In this document: piece after piece, positions 52,703-64,000 of the stretch | How positions within the stretch are numbered: position 1 is the first letter of the stretch | How the letters are laid out: every line of letters begins with the position of its first letter | Assembly (NCBI GenBank): GCA_965644295.1 | Contig: CBFFRP010000167.1 | Span: forward strand, 62,001 to 126,000 | DNA: 64,000 bases | Source: Paraphysomonas bandaiensis | Lineage: Eukaryota; Protista; Chrysophyceae | Reading direction: 5' to 3' | The notes under the pieces: model-generated | What the model was told of the DNA's origin: nothing | The model's input: only the letters and a program-made list of their open reading frames with translations | Database searches by the model: none | Position numbers and translations under genes: made by a program

Positions 52703-53102
52703 ATACAACGAGTAACTCATAACAGCCTCGAGAAGTAGTATATGTAGCATAAGAATTTATAGCTTTAGTTTTAACCACACTCAAAAACCACACACAACAT
52801 CAATACACAAAGAAACAGAAAACACTGTTAATATTAACAAAAAACGTAACATTCATTTCTGACTCAACTCAAATGAACTATGTCAATTCGCATGACATAG
52901 TACAGATTATACAACGAGTAACTCATAACAGCCTCGAGAAGTAGTATATGTAGCATAAGAATTTATAGCTTTAGTTTTAACCACACTCAAAAACCACACA
53001 CAACATCAATACACAAAGAAACAGAAAACACTGTTAATATTAACAAAAAACGTAACATTCATTTCTGACTCAACTCAAATGAACTATGTCAATTCGCATG
53101 AC
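52703..53102. repeat. Exact tandem duplication of 194 bp (52703-52896 and 52909-53102)
   Basis: ATACAACGAGTAACTCATAACAGCC...CAATTCGCATGAC is repeated at offset 206 with a 12-bp spacer. Confidence 0.95.
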
Positions 53103-53716
53103 GCATTGGATAATACACACAGACGCAATTGCTGGGAAAAATGACTTGCAGGTAACTTCATTATATTAGACTCATTCTTGTATTAAAGATGTCTCCGAAA
53201 CAGAGTGGATCCAATTTAAAATACCGCACATAAAAAGCTGCACGACAAGCCAAAGCTAGGAGCGAATCAAATAAATTCTAAAGCAGTGGAGGCAGATTTA
53301 TTTTGAGACATGAGTCATTACATTTTCTAGGTTCGGACATTGTCAGTCATATCCAATGTTTAAACTGCGAAGGCCAGCACACTCCTGAGCATATTTCTTA
53401 AGCTTGTTACACCTGAATTTGTCACGACAATTGCCTAATACGTATGTCCTGATCACCTCACTTACAACAGGGGAGACTCTATACTGATATAGAAAAATCT
53501 GTACCTAACCTTAACCTAACCCCAATAGATATTATAGAGTACTTTAGTTTTATCTTCAAGTACTAGCAGACGCTTTGTATGTGCATGGTGCATGCAAGCA
53601 CACTCTTTGATAGTACTATTCAGTATTCAGTGGGGTAATAGAGTAAATTTAATAGATTTGGACTTAAATTTATTGTTTTTTATAAGAGTTGTTCTGGGTA
53701 CTAATGTGTGTGGTTA

Positions 53717-53852
53717 TAGTTATATTTAACCACGGGCAATAAGGAAGCTATATCGTCCCGCGCTCAAAATTTTGAAACGAGGGCAAAAAGCCCGAGTTTT
53801 AAAATTTCGACAAGGGACGATACTCCTTATCCCTCTAGGTTATATTGTAGCT
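53717..53852. repeat. Imperfect fold-back (long inverted repeat), MITE-like or hairpin RNA
   Basis: Nested pairings: ATAAGGA/TCCTTAT, TATCGTCCC/GGGACGATA, AAATTTTGAAAC/GTTTTAAAATTT and GGGC-AAAAA-GCCC. Confidence 0.8.
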
Positions 53853-53989
53853 TATCCTCATGACGTTGAAAAGTTTATATTAGATTGTATAGCTATTTGT
53901 AGCATGCTTGCTGTAAGAAGAAATAGATGTTCCCTGATTAACTTTAAGAACACAATCAATGATATGTATACTGTATGCTTGGGGAGAGT

Positions 53990-54670
53990 AGCAATAGTAC
54001 TAGATCAACTCAACACAATAAACCCCAAGTTTCAATAACAACTACAACAAATGTACTCCTACCACAGAAGAATACTGAGGGAATAGCAACTGCGAGGTGT
54101 TGAAATTTGTACATATGTGTGATGATGAATGCGAACAGTTGTAGGCGCAAGAGAGGCTTCTTATTCCCTTAATTAGCATCATCATCACATTTATATATAC
54201 AGCAGGCTTGTTGACCTCTGCAAGTGCACCTGATCGAATGATGTGTGTATGATATGAGGCACACAATATCATATGACCCAAACACTGAAATAACTGGGTG
54301 CCACTGCTTCTAACCACCTATATAGCATCAGACATGGTACTTAAACTCCTGTAATATTCTTAAAGTTGTTTCGAAGTCCTGGCTATGAAGATAGATTGCT
54401 TGTACTGACATCGTTATGATGTTATACAGCAGTCGAAGGATGGAATATAACTTGAAGTGCCTAATGATTGAACTCATCATTGTGGTTTCTCTATAATTGT
54501 GTACTATATAATGAAATCACGTACATATGACTGTCATTATCATAATTAGGATAGAAGTGAGCTTCTGCTGAACCGAATATTGAAGTTGAATATCTGATAT
54601 GAGCGCTCTGTTGAGACAAAATCAGGTCGAAAAAAAGCTTTTTTTGAGACAAAATGGGGATAAGACTATA
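53990..54670 (+). repeat. Degenerate dispersed repeat, copy 4
   Basis: TACTAGATCAACTCAA..CAATAAACCCC is shared with about 30302. GGGAATAGCAACTGCGAGGTGTTGAAATT is shared with about 30610. Confidence 0.8.
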
Positions 54671-54983
54671 ATTACAATTGAGGAATAACTACATTGGACT
54701 TATCAAAGTGATCGATGCAAGCTGACAAGAAACCAATACCTTTTCTCACTTAATCTATGAATGACAAGTCGAGTTAGTTACAAGTTGTAGGGGTGCAAAT
54801 TGTTGTTCATCCCGACTTTAACAATAACTTTCCCACTATGGGATCTATCTACTTCTACACTAAACTAAACAATTATGCAAGTCTCGCCTAAGAAATACAT
54901 CTCATACTCTCCACTCACCCGCAGCAATAGATTAAACATAGCCGATTTCTCCCAGAACGGTGAGCAGCGCGAACTGTGAGAGC

Positions 54984-57929
54984 TTATTTCTGTTTACGAG
55001 TGACATCACCGATTCTTCCCTGCAACAGTAGTGGTGCTAACTCTTTAATATATGCCCATGACCCAATAACGTGCCTGAAAAAGCATATGTAATTATCCAC
55101 TATATAGCTGAATGGGCATACCTCCACGCAACAACTAGAAACCCGAAGAAAATAAAGAGGTAGATATTTTGGAAACCATCCTCAGCTCTCTGGACAGTAT
55201 ATTACTAAAACACCCAGACTACTTTATAATACCTCGCAAATATCAGTGGAACATGTCGAATCAACTATAACGGCGAGTATCCATGATAGAGTTGCAATAA
55301 TTAAAGGAAGGGCAAAAAATTCCACATTGCGAAACGGATTGCGATACGCATTGCTGTCGAAATATCGTTTACGCTCCTTCTCGATATCATCAAGCAGTTC
55401 GGTCCTAGAATCGAACATTATCATGGTTGTCTTCACAACGAGGAAAAATATTGCTACCTTTTGCGACCGATTGCAACTTCAGATCCCATTTCAGCAATCT
55501 CATTAAAAATACTCAGTGCACTTTGAAGAGATTCTTTGTGGATCACCTACAGCAGCACATGTGATATATCCTTCGAATATTTACAATTACTGCTGACATT
55601 AAGATTACTCTCTTTCACGAAGTGCCCTTCGGGTCCTATGTGCAAGTTACAAGATTTCATTTCGAGTGGCAGTACATTTCTTACCCGCAACTGCATCCAT
55701 TGCGGATTTATAGGACTTGATAGCCATATCATAAGCGTTGCGATTATTAGCATCCGCAGTGGCCTCAAGCATTGTCATTGCCTTTAGGCACAGCGTAAAT
55801 TGAAATTATCTCATTACTACTAGTATACCTTTGGGAAACAGCTCCCATCGTGCTCAAACATTGCAGCATATGCTTTGATAAAATTAAGAAGTTCTGGGCC
55901 CGTAATGGAACTGTACAATCGTCGTAAAATACACGTATCATTAAATCTTCCCATACCGGTTATTTATTCTCTTGGGTTCTATAATCGTATCGAAAATGAA
56001 TCGAACATAATGGTTTAATAAACCTCTAAACGCGAATGAGAAACAGTGAAATAAAAATACGGATCGTCATAAGTAAATCCACCTGAAGGATGCTTCAATC
56101 TTTTCAATGTCTCCAGCATAGTTCTTTTTAATAACATGAAATCCTTCAGCAACATTATTTATATCGTTTCCGTTTCGACATCAAACCTGGGTGCGGGAGA
56201 AGGAAACATCCTACTTTCTCAAAACACCTCGATATTTGGTCACGCGTACTCTGCTGGAACGATCAGCCACCCTAAATGATTGGGATAGAGAACTAAACCT
56301 GTAAATCGGATGCGCCCCTCGATTTTATGACACTATGCAAATATTCCATCATCTCTGAATGATAGGCTTTGAATACTTCATTCTAAAAGTGCAACAGTGT
56401 CACTTATAAACTACTAATTAAATAACCGACCTCAGATTTCCCCGACTCAAGTGCATCTTCCCAATCGGTGTCAAAGTTTTGCCAATCACGAACCAAAAAT
56501 TCAATTCTACATAAATATCAAATTTCACGTACAAATGCAGGATAATACACCCAACCTTTGAAAAGGACTTTTAACAATGACATTGGTGTCAGGTTTCACA
56601 TCTACTATATATGTGAAAACAAAGTACTATCAATAGAATAACTTACAACCTTCAGTTTCGTTTTCGGTATTGCAATCATCATGTACTTCCTAAAAGACCA
56701 ACATTAGAATACGTATATACTACTAAGCACTAATTCGATATTGTATATTCATCTCAGTTCTCTGATCATTTCATATTCTCATTGTTAGAAAGCCACTAGC
56801 ATTTGTACACAGCATATTGCAACAGCCAATACAACACAACCACAAATAGGCCGGTTTAAAACTAAACGAATATAAGGGCTACGAGGTATAATGCTTTTAC
56901 AATTGAGTACATGCGTGACAAAATGAAGGACGTATTCACCACAACGAATCAAATAAGATCAAGATACACATCATGGATGATGTATACATACAACAACGAC
57001 GTATCGTCACTACTTACATTAACAACATCATCGGCAGGTGTATCAGTGTTCTGCTCACCCAGTGCCATTCTGCCATACTCAGAAAAAAGAGCCAAATGCT
57101 GTAAGTTATCTTCCTGAATGCGCTTATCTACATTATAGATCTGGGGTCTGTTGATTAGTCGCGGAAGTTATGAGCTCACACAGGGTAGTACCTGGTACGA
57201 TGATATCATTGTACTCAAACCGAATATCTGCGCAGTCAATGTCATTGTAGTTTCATTGTCAAACATTCCTTGTGTATCCATCAGCAATATTGCTATCTTT
57301 TCTGGATGACTCGACACTTTTCGAAGGAAAGGTTCTGACCACATCCAAATACCAGTGGTCTGTCTACTTTGTCCCCCGCACCAAGCAAACCCTTTCAGAT
57401 CACCCGTCCCTTCTTCTGGACTGGATTTTTTTTCGTTTACATTTCCTTCGCGGAGTGCATCACCTATATCATACAATTCAATACTTGATTTGTAATCTCA
57501 CAGGTCACACACCACTAGCAGTCATCCACGCTGTCGACAAATCGTCCGAAGAGCCATGGCGGAGGTAGCGAAGAAAAAATGTCAATCTGTGTAAAGGTAA
57601 TGAAATTATTTTTGTACTAAATGATAGCTACAATGTCACTCACAGAAAAGACTTGCCACTGCGGAAGGCCCCAACAACCGAAAGAATCGCTACTTTTGTG
57701 CCAGCGGGAATCTATAAGCCCATCACATGTCGCAGTTAATATATATTTATATCGGCACCTTATTAAGGATGCGTTCAATGTTATCTTCTAGTAATATGAA
57801 TTCATTTTTATCCTCGTCTTCTCCAGTGGATACAATCTAAAGCACATGATTCAATCCATGAGGTACAGTGTGTATATATACAGATAGAATGAACCGAACC
57901 TGAAGCGGTTGTCCTTCATCGCTGTCCAT
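54984..57929 (-). CDS. ATL: Atlastin (GBP-family ER fusion GTPase), many short introns
   Basis: P-loop SVVGAFRSGKSF, TTGIWMWSEP, LLMDTQGMFD, IFGLSTMISSYQ, EFLVRDW, FLLPHPG, and a C-terminal TM hairpin (FFALPLIIATLSWILAVIV). Confidence 0.93.
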
Positions 57930-58417
57930 TATTAACACTATCTAGATTTACTCCCTTTAATCACTACAATTCTCACTTTAATGGCGCTTATTCAGTATGC
58001 GACCTGCAACTAATCTGCTGGGTTGGTTATGTAGCTACGGTATGGTATGGTACACAGGCTCACAGCACTACACGATCACTCATAGGAAAACACGCCCCTC
58101 ATCGGTCAATAATAGTACACAAATACGTGTATATACAGAACAATACAGCAGATTCACAGCGTATTCTTGTATTCTTCAATAGACCTATACGTACGAACCG
58201 GGTATGTGTAGCTGTGGTATACGGGATTATACGTATGGAGTGGTATGTATGGGATATTGCGTACTGTTTTTTATTGATTGGCGATGAGACTGAGGAGAAT
58301 GAGTGGTTGCGCATCGTAGTGGATGCATATCACAGTCTCGTGCACACGGCATCTAAAGTGCAAAGAGACTCACAATCCAAATACCAGATATTAGTATTTC
58401 AATAAACTATTTTAGAA

Positions 58418-59030
58418 ATGGATCTTTGTTTCGACGAGCTTGCTGTGGCACTGAGGTTATAAAATGCGATTGTTTGTGAAGTCTGGGGCTTAAAATTTAT
58501 TTTGCAGGTATATCGCTGATGTGGAACTCGCAGCAGCACCTGATGCTACTCAGAAGAAGGCATCTGCCCCAGCACAGCCTAGTAAACCAGCAGCCAAAGC
58601 TGATGATTTCGATGATATGTTTGGCGATGATGATGATGAGACCGAAGAGGAGAAGGCAGCTAACAAAGCAAGACAAGAGCGTATGGCTCTTGCCAAAAAA
58701 CTGAAGGAGGAAAAGGATGCCAAGGAAGGAAAAGTAAAGAAAAATAAGCCAAAGCCCGTGGAAAAGTCTCTTATTGTTCTAGACGTTAAGCCTTGGGAGG
58801 CCGACTGCGACCTTGAGGCTGTTTGGAAGGAGATCATCAAGTATGAACAAGAGGGACTTCAGTGGGGTGCCACTTTTAAACTCGAGCCTGTGGCTTTTGG
58901 AATCAAAAAGCTTGTTCTCACCTGTACTATAGTTGATAGTCTGGTGCTGTTAGATGATGTGACCGATAATATTGAGGCGATGGAGGATTATGTGCAGAGT
59001 GTCACTGTTGCTTCAATGAACAAAATATAA
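58418..59030 (+). CDS. EEF1B: Elongation factor 1-beta/delta guanine nucleotide exchange subunit
   Basis: DDFDDMFGDDDDE, KSLIVLDVKPWE, GLQWGATFKLEPVAFGIKKL, VQSVTVASMNKI*. A probable first exon 58418-58455 (MDLCFDELAVALR) precedes intron 58456-58507. The start is uncertain. Confidence 0.92.
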
Positions 59031-59886
59031 TTTGGTTGCAAGCTTATCGTCAACGAAACAGCACAAAATGATGCTCTTATCTTGTTGTCCATTTAATAAT
59101 TGAGAGTCGATTGAAAATTTTGTGTATTTTTGTCAATTTTGGATCACTGTGAAGCTCGTGTGTTTGTTGTACGTAGTATTCTTAGTTTCTCAGATAGAAC
59201 TTCTTTGTATTTACAAAGCACTACCGTACGCTATGTATACTTTTAGGATGATAATTGGAGGTATTGTGGCTAATACTTCCTTTCTCAAGTATTATTCAGC
59301 GTAGCTTTATGCGTGCTTAGCGGAACAAATTTCGCAGTCATGCGTGCGCATGCACGGTTAATCAAGTTGCTTCTCATTGATTTCGGTTTACTTCACTCTA
59401 TTCTACGGATTAAGTTAAATGGATAAGTTACTTTCAATATATATCATAAAACAAAGTTGATGTGCCACTTGTCTGTCTGAAGATTTAATGAAGCTGTCGT
59501 TTGTCATTTTCTTCATTAGGAAAAAAAATGACCCATTGTTCTATTACCTACATCACTAAACTAGAAGCAACATCGTATGTACTATATGGGATGCATAGAA
59601 ACATCCTTCCCTATTAACTTCACGGAAATGACATTTGACAGAACTACTACACAACTACGGATGGGATTCATCCCGTTTGACATCTAGAAAACATATAGTA
59701 TTCAAATCAGCATACACCGCTATGATTAGTTAAATAAAGCCATGAATGCAAAGAAGCTTGCCTAATTCTAGACATTATCAGATTATTTCGCACTTAGTGA
59801 TTATCAGCAACATACTGTACACAATAGAGATATTGTAGGCAGTTGACAAGGATATGTGGCGATTTTCATGGTCGTCGGACGAAAAT

Positions 59887-60993
59887 TTAAGAAGGAGGAT
59901 ATCCACCAATATCGATGCCAAACTTATCCAATACTTTGTTCGTAAGAAGAATTAGTGTGTACTGCAAGTTGTTTTGAAGTGAGAGGGAAATGTTGACTTC
60001 GCGAATAGGCACCCCAATGCTGAGCCCTTCATAATTTTTTATAGTGTGCCACTCCCAGTCAGGGTTGTAGAGTAGATCACCGGCAATAACATCAGAGTAT
60101 CGCAGAGGAATATGATCGTGAAGCTCAGCCATGTTGCGATTTCCGGTTTGCATATTGACTTTTCCTCCTCGCAGAGGGTACATTTGTGAGCTGTATTTGG
60201 GATCCATGAAATACCATCTCTTGCGTCCTGTCACTTGAGCGAACCAATTATTTCCACCAGCACAATGCCAGCCAGTGCCAGTAGTAGCATCACTGTCATT
60301 TGAGCCACGTCCCACAACAAGCTGAGAGCCGAAGAACGATTTGTGATTCGGTCCTCCGAATCCCGGCCAAATTCTGTCGAGATCCAAATCTTCGCGAACA
60401 ACTTGATTAATTCGCTTGCGCAACTCTTTCGCAGAACCGACATCAGAATGGTTGAAATTAGAACGCGACTCTACAGGGAAAAATAGATACTTCTTAGAGT
60501 CTTCCTGCTCCACAATTTCAGTGTACGCAGTGCGAAAAGGTAGCAGCTCACGCTCATTCTGAAGTGTTCCATAAGTAGCCTTAGATACCACCGGGATAAT
60601 GAATTCCCCAATTCTAGACGACAAATATTCTGGATCGGTCCATCTTTTCTCCGCATTGCTCCCGATAAAAAGACCACGAACAATGGCCGGGTAACGAAAA
60701 TTCTCCGTAGCAGTTCTCAAAGACTCGAATGAGTAATCTTTGGCATCAATAATAGGGATCTGAATAGGGGCCCTCTTGATTGATCTATCAATATTATTGA
60801 ACTGATTCCAAAAACTTCTCGCTTCCTCCCGATAGGATGTGAACAACAGAGCATTAGGGATGATATGGAGCAAGGAGTCCCCCGCCTGGCGAGTGCGTAG
60901 AATGGGAATCATGACAATAGCAGCCACGAGAGGGACGATGACAAACGTCATCAACGCCGAACAAACTGAACGTTTCTTTGCACGACTAGACAT
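59887..60993 (-). CDS. Membrane-anchored JmjC/cupin-like Fe(II)/2OG oxygenase-fold protein with an H-x-A metal motif, intronless
   Basis: N-terminal TM segment (ALMTFVIVPLVAAIVMIPIL); PAIVRGL; TGWHCAGGNNWFAQVTGRKRWYF; GDLLYNPDWEWHTIKN. Confidence 0.88.
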   Translation of the reverse strand: MSSRAKKRSVCSALMTFVIVPLVAAIVMIPILRTRQAGDSLLHIIPNALLFTSYREEARSFWNQFNNIDRSIKRAPIQIPIIDAKDYSFESLRTATENFRYPAIVRGLFIGSNAEKRWTDPEYLSSRIGEFIIPVVSKATYGTLQNERELLPFRTAYTEIVEQEDSKKYLFFPVESRSNFNHSDVGSAKELRKRINQVVREDLDLDRIWPGFGGPNHKSFFGSQLVVGRGSNDSDATTGTGWHCAGGNNWFAQVTGRKRWYFMDPKYSSQMYPLRGGKVNMQTGNRNMAELHDHIPLRYSDVIAGDLLYNPDWEWHTIKNYEGLSIGVPIREVNISLSLQNNLQYTLILLTNKVLDKFGIDIGGYPPS

Positions 60994-61579
60994 TGCAATA
61001 TTCCAATATAGCCACACAGGTTAAAAATAAGTCAGTGCGGAGATGATATAAATATATGGGTCCACATGTGCATGTATTTGATGCACAGAATACGCCTATA
61101 GAGAGTTGAAGCAACGTGCAATGAAGTGCATATGGATGATGCTGTGGGTGGTGGTCGAGAGCCTGCCTGTATCTATAATACAACTACAGCATCTGTATTC
61201 TGTGTATATGTGCTGTATACACTAGACAGTAGGTCTATACCAAGTTAAGAGAAGAATGGCATTTTTTTAACTGTCGGGAAGGCATAAATCTGGATTTATT
61301 GCATATATTGGAGTTTTTTGTCCTCCTTTAGGTTATAAATACACGATTCCTTTCTGGAACTGTGCAGCATAATAAGACAATATGGCAGTTCGGCAGTATG
61401 GTATGCATTACGTAGAGGAGTATTAACTTTAACCCACTGGAAGGACGCTCATCAATCCCTCAATTTTGTTTATAACTTTCTGTTGATTTGCTGCTTATAT
61501 TTGATATATTTGTTGCGATTCTAACAGTTTCCATCAACACAAGCAGTCCTGTTATTGGCAAATAGCTCTCGCCATTCAT

Positions 61580-61851
61580 ATGATAGAAGTCGTATGTAAC
61601 GATCGTCTCGGTAAAAAAGTCAGAGTCAAATGTAACGAAGACGATACCATAGGAGACTTAAAGAAATTAATAGCTGCTCAGGTAAATATTAGATACATTT
61701 CACTACGAGTTGTGACATCAGTCTTTGTAAGGTTGGAACACGACCCGAAAAAATCCGAATTCAGAAGTGGTACACAATATATAAAGACCATATTACACTG
61801 GAGGATTATGAGATTCACGATGGTATGGGTTTGGAATTGTATTATAATTAG
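61580..61851 (+). CDS. UBL5: Ubiquitin-like protein 5 (Hub1), 2 exons
   Basis: [34 protein letters not shown]|[39 protein letters not shown]. Intron 61682-61731. Confidence 0.98.
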
Positions 61852-62809
61852 GCTATCGCAGTGTTTGCCGTTTCTGAGAATGAGTGGTTTCGCGTTCATG
61901 TCCTTCTGCAGAGAAGTATTGGGTTGATAGTCATATAGTTTAAAATGAAATTCATGAACAGCACAGAAGTAATTTATAAATCAATGAATTGCTTCAACAT
62001 ACGTGATATAGCCTTAATCGAATAGTGTGGTAATTTTGGGTCACGTGCATACTACTTGTAGAGTTTGACATTCGTAACATTCGTAAATCTATTCTTACTC
62101 CACGACATCGCCTATACTAGAGACAAAACATTGTTTATATCAAAATTCTGCATGGCGTATGTCCAATAGTTGTGTTGGTTGAAATAAGCCCTACATGCAT
62201 TTATGCATTTTATTATGGTCTCGGCACCAAGCAAAATATAAGCATCATTTCTGATGAGTAGCGCAAGCAACCTGAAGCACTTAAACCAATGGATAACACG
62301 CAGCAAAAAATCACGACGGTCATCAAAGCACAACAATTCCATGGGTCAAGAGGGGTTTGGACAGCAAAAGGGTTAGAAACGCCCACAAACACTTCCCTCC
62401 AACAACACCTCAAGTTGAGAAGCCGGAATATCTCTTACATCCGAGATAACGAAAGTAGAACTGCAAGGTACTTCACGACTTATTCATCAACATCAACGAA
62501 GTAGGCATATAATATTTGTCTATCATCGCTGAGAAAAGAGAAATGTCATCATCCAAGTGCACTATACGGGGGGCGGATGCGGTGGTTTCTGGAAGGTGGA
62601 GATGCATAAAATTAACAGAGACCGAGAAAACTGCACGAGATTATCTAAACGCTAACATCAGGTGCTGAGAATATAAAGTTACTCACACTTCGCGTAATAG
62701 TTATAATTAATAATCTAAATTAAAGTTTTTCAAAACGTGAATTCGGATATTCAAACACGAATGGATTCGAAGATGGCTATAATGTAGGACATTTTACACA
62801 TATAGTGCT

Positions 62810-63245
62810 AGGACTTGGCGCAAAAGTCTGTCGGAACCCTCAACAAAGCCGGACTTTCATCTTTTCGTGGTGTTCTTTGAGGGACAAGTACCGGAGATAT
62901 TTCTCCGGGAAACTAACGTGCGCCGCATATATCGCTCTATCACTCATACCTGAATGCTTGTGCGGTACAATAAGTGTCTTTTGTGTACGTCTTTGAGCCT
63001 TGTCGAATAAACAGGCGTCTGAGAATGAACCCACCTCATGGGGCTTCCGGGGTATTGGGCTGCCTGCTGAAGTCAATCATCCGGGATGTCCACCATAAGG
63101 ACTCAAAAGTCCTGAAGTCAGCAGATGTCAAGTATATCAATATTCTGCTTGTTCACTGCGTTTGCTTTGAAAGTGATTGCACCTTGGTGCTTGTGGTGAC
63201 GCACAAGTAGTTTTCTTAGACATTCGGAAATAGTAGGATATCAGA
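62810..63245 (-). repeat. Degenerate dispersed repeat, copy 5 (inverted)
   Basis: Matches 40720-41140 directly and 30360-30575 in reverse complement. Confidence 0.8.
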
Positions 63246-64000
63246 GTTAAGGACTAGTTAGTTAATTTGAAATTCTATATTAGTTCTGACTCTTAAATAA
63301 ATGCCTCTTGCTAATAATAAGGAATTCACTACTGGTCTTCAAGAGTCACAAAAAATGTACTATATTATAGCGTATAAGCATTAAGAGTTTGTGGAGTTTT
63401 GAGTTATACCTAAAGTTGAGCAATGAAATGCTGTGGTCAATGGATTCTTGATTTGCTGTAGTCTGTAGTCCAGAGATAAAGACTGTATTATAAAAATATT
63501 TCACGAAATATATTAACTAAGCGAAGAATAGTGACTGTATTAGGTCATGACTGTCAGCGATTATATACTATTGATTAAGAGTAGCGAAGCCAAACCACGT
63601 AATAAAGCTTCTTGCTTCTAGGATCAAAACGTATAATTCTGGTCTAGTAGTTCCCCATACAGCCGAATTCGGTTGTATCAGCTGAACGCTTTACATCCAT
63701 ATAGTAGTCTTCAGTCAGAGCAGCTATGATATCCCAGATTGTTGACCGAGGGCGGCAGTTCAACGATATCACCTTCCTTTTAGCTTGCCTTCTATATCCT
63801 CATTCGTACATATTTCGACAAGTATTCTCTATCGTTAACTTTAACCCTCTGGGAATCAGTCACCAAAGTTTTTCTCTGTTATGAGCTCTACCATTGTATG
63901 TGACCTTGGTTTATAGCCATTTAGGGCATTATAAATTTGCTTGAATTTAAGGTTCTAAACAAAATATTGGACACCGCACAAGGTAGCACACAAAGAATAT

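Noticed and set aside
53503-53523. CCTAACCTTAACCTAACCCC telomere-like run
   Set aside because: Only about three imperfect units, which is compatible with chance.

Overview
Eukaryotic nuclear DNA with the standard genetic code and many short (about 45-70 nt) GT-AG introns. Gene content and intron style suggest a stramenopile protist, possibly a chrysophyte or other ochrophyte; this is an inference. About 20 protein-coding genes can be supported, most in head-to-head pairs separated by AT-rich spacers full of decayed repeats. Recognisable genes: SAYSvFN protein, a selenoprotein M/Sep15-family gene missed by the ORF track (in-frame TGA in CxxU), UNC119, a CAMK-like kinase, an R2R3 MYB, a NAGPA-like phosphodiester glycosidase with four Fn3-associated/chitobiase repeats, V-ATPase subunit E, an NSE1-like protein, a MYB-ankyrin-HDAC fusion, a TPR-ankyrin-methyltransferase-like protein, transketolase, NOP53, a class C GPCR, atlastin, EF-1beta, a JmjC protein and UBL5/Hub1. 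There are also two identical tRNA-Cys genes. Non-coding features include (TACA)n microsatellites, a 1.09-kb TIR-bounded element carrying a satellite, a ~135-nt fold-back, an exact 194-bp duplication and a degenerate dispersed repeat family. The strongest leads are: (1) the JmjC protein with an H-x-A iron motif, the signature of Fe/2OG halogenases; (2) the DNA-binding MYB-ANK-HDAC fusion; (3) the hidden selenoprotein with a non-canonical SECIS candidate; and (4) a spliced gene carrying a PriCT-2-like (primase C-terminal) domain. All domain calls come from recognising motifs by eye, not from database searches.
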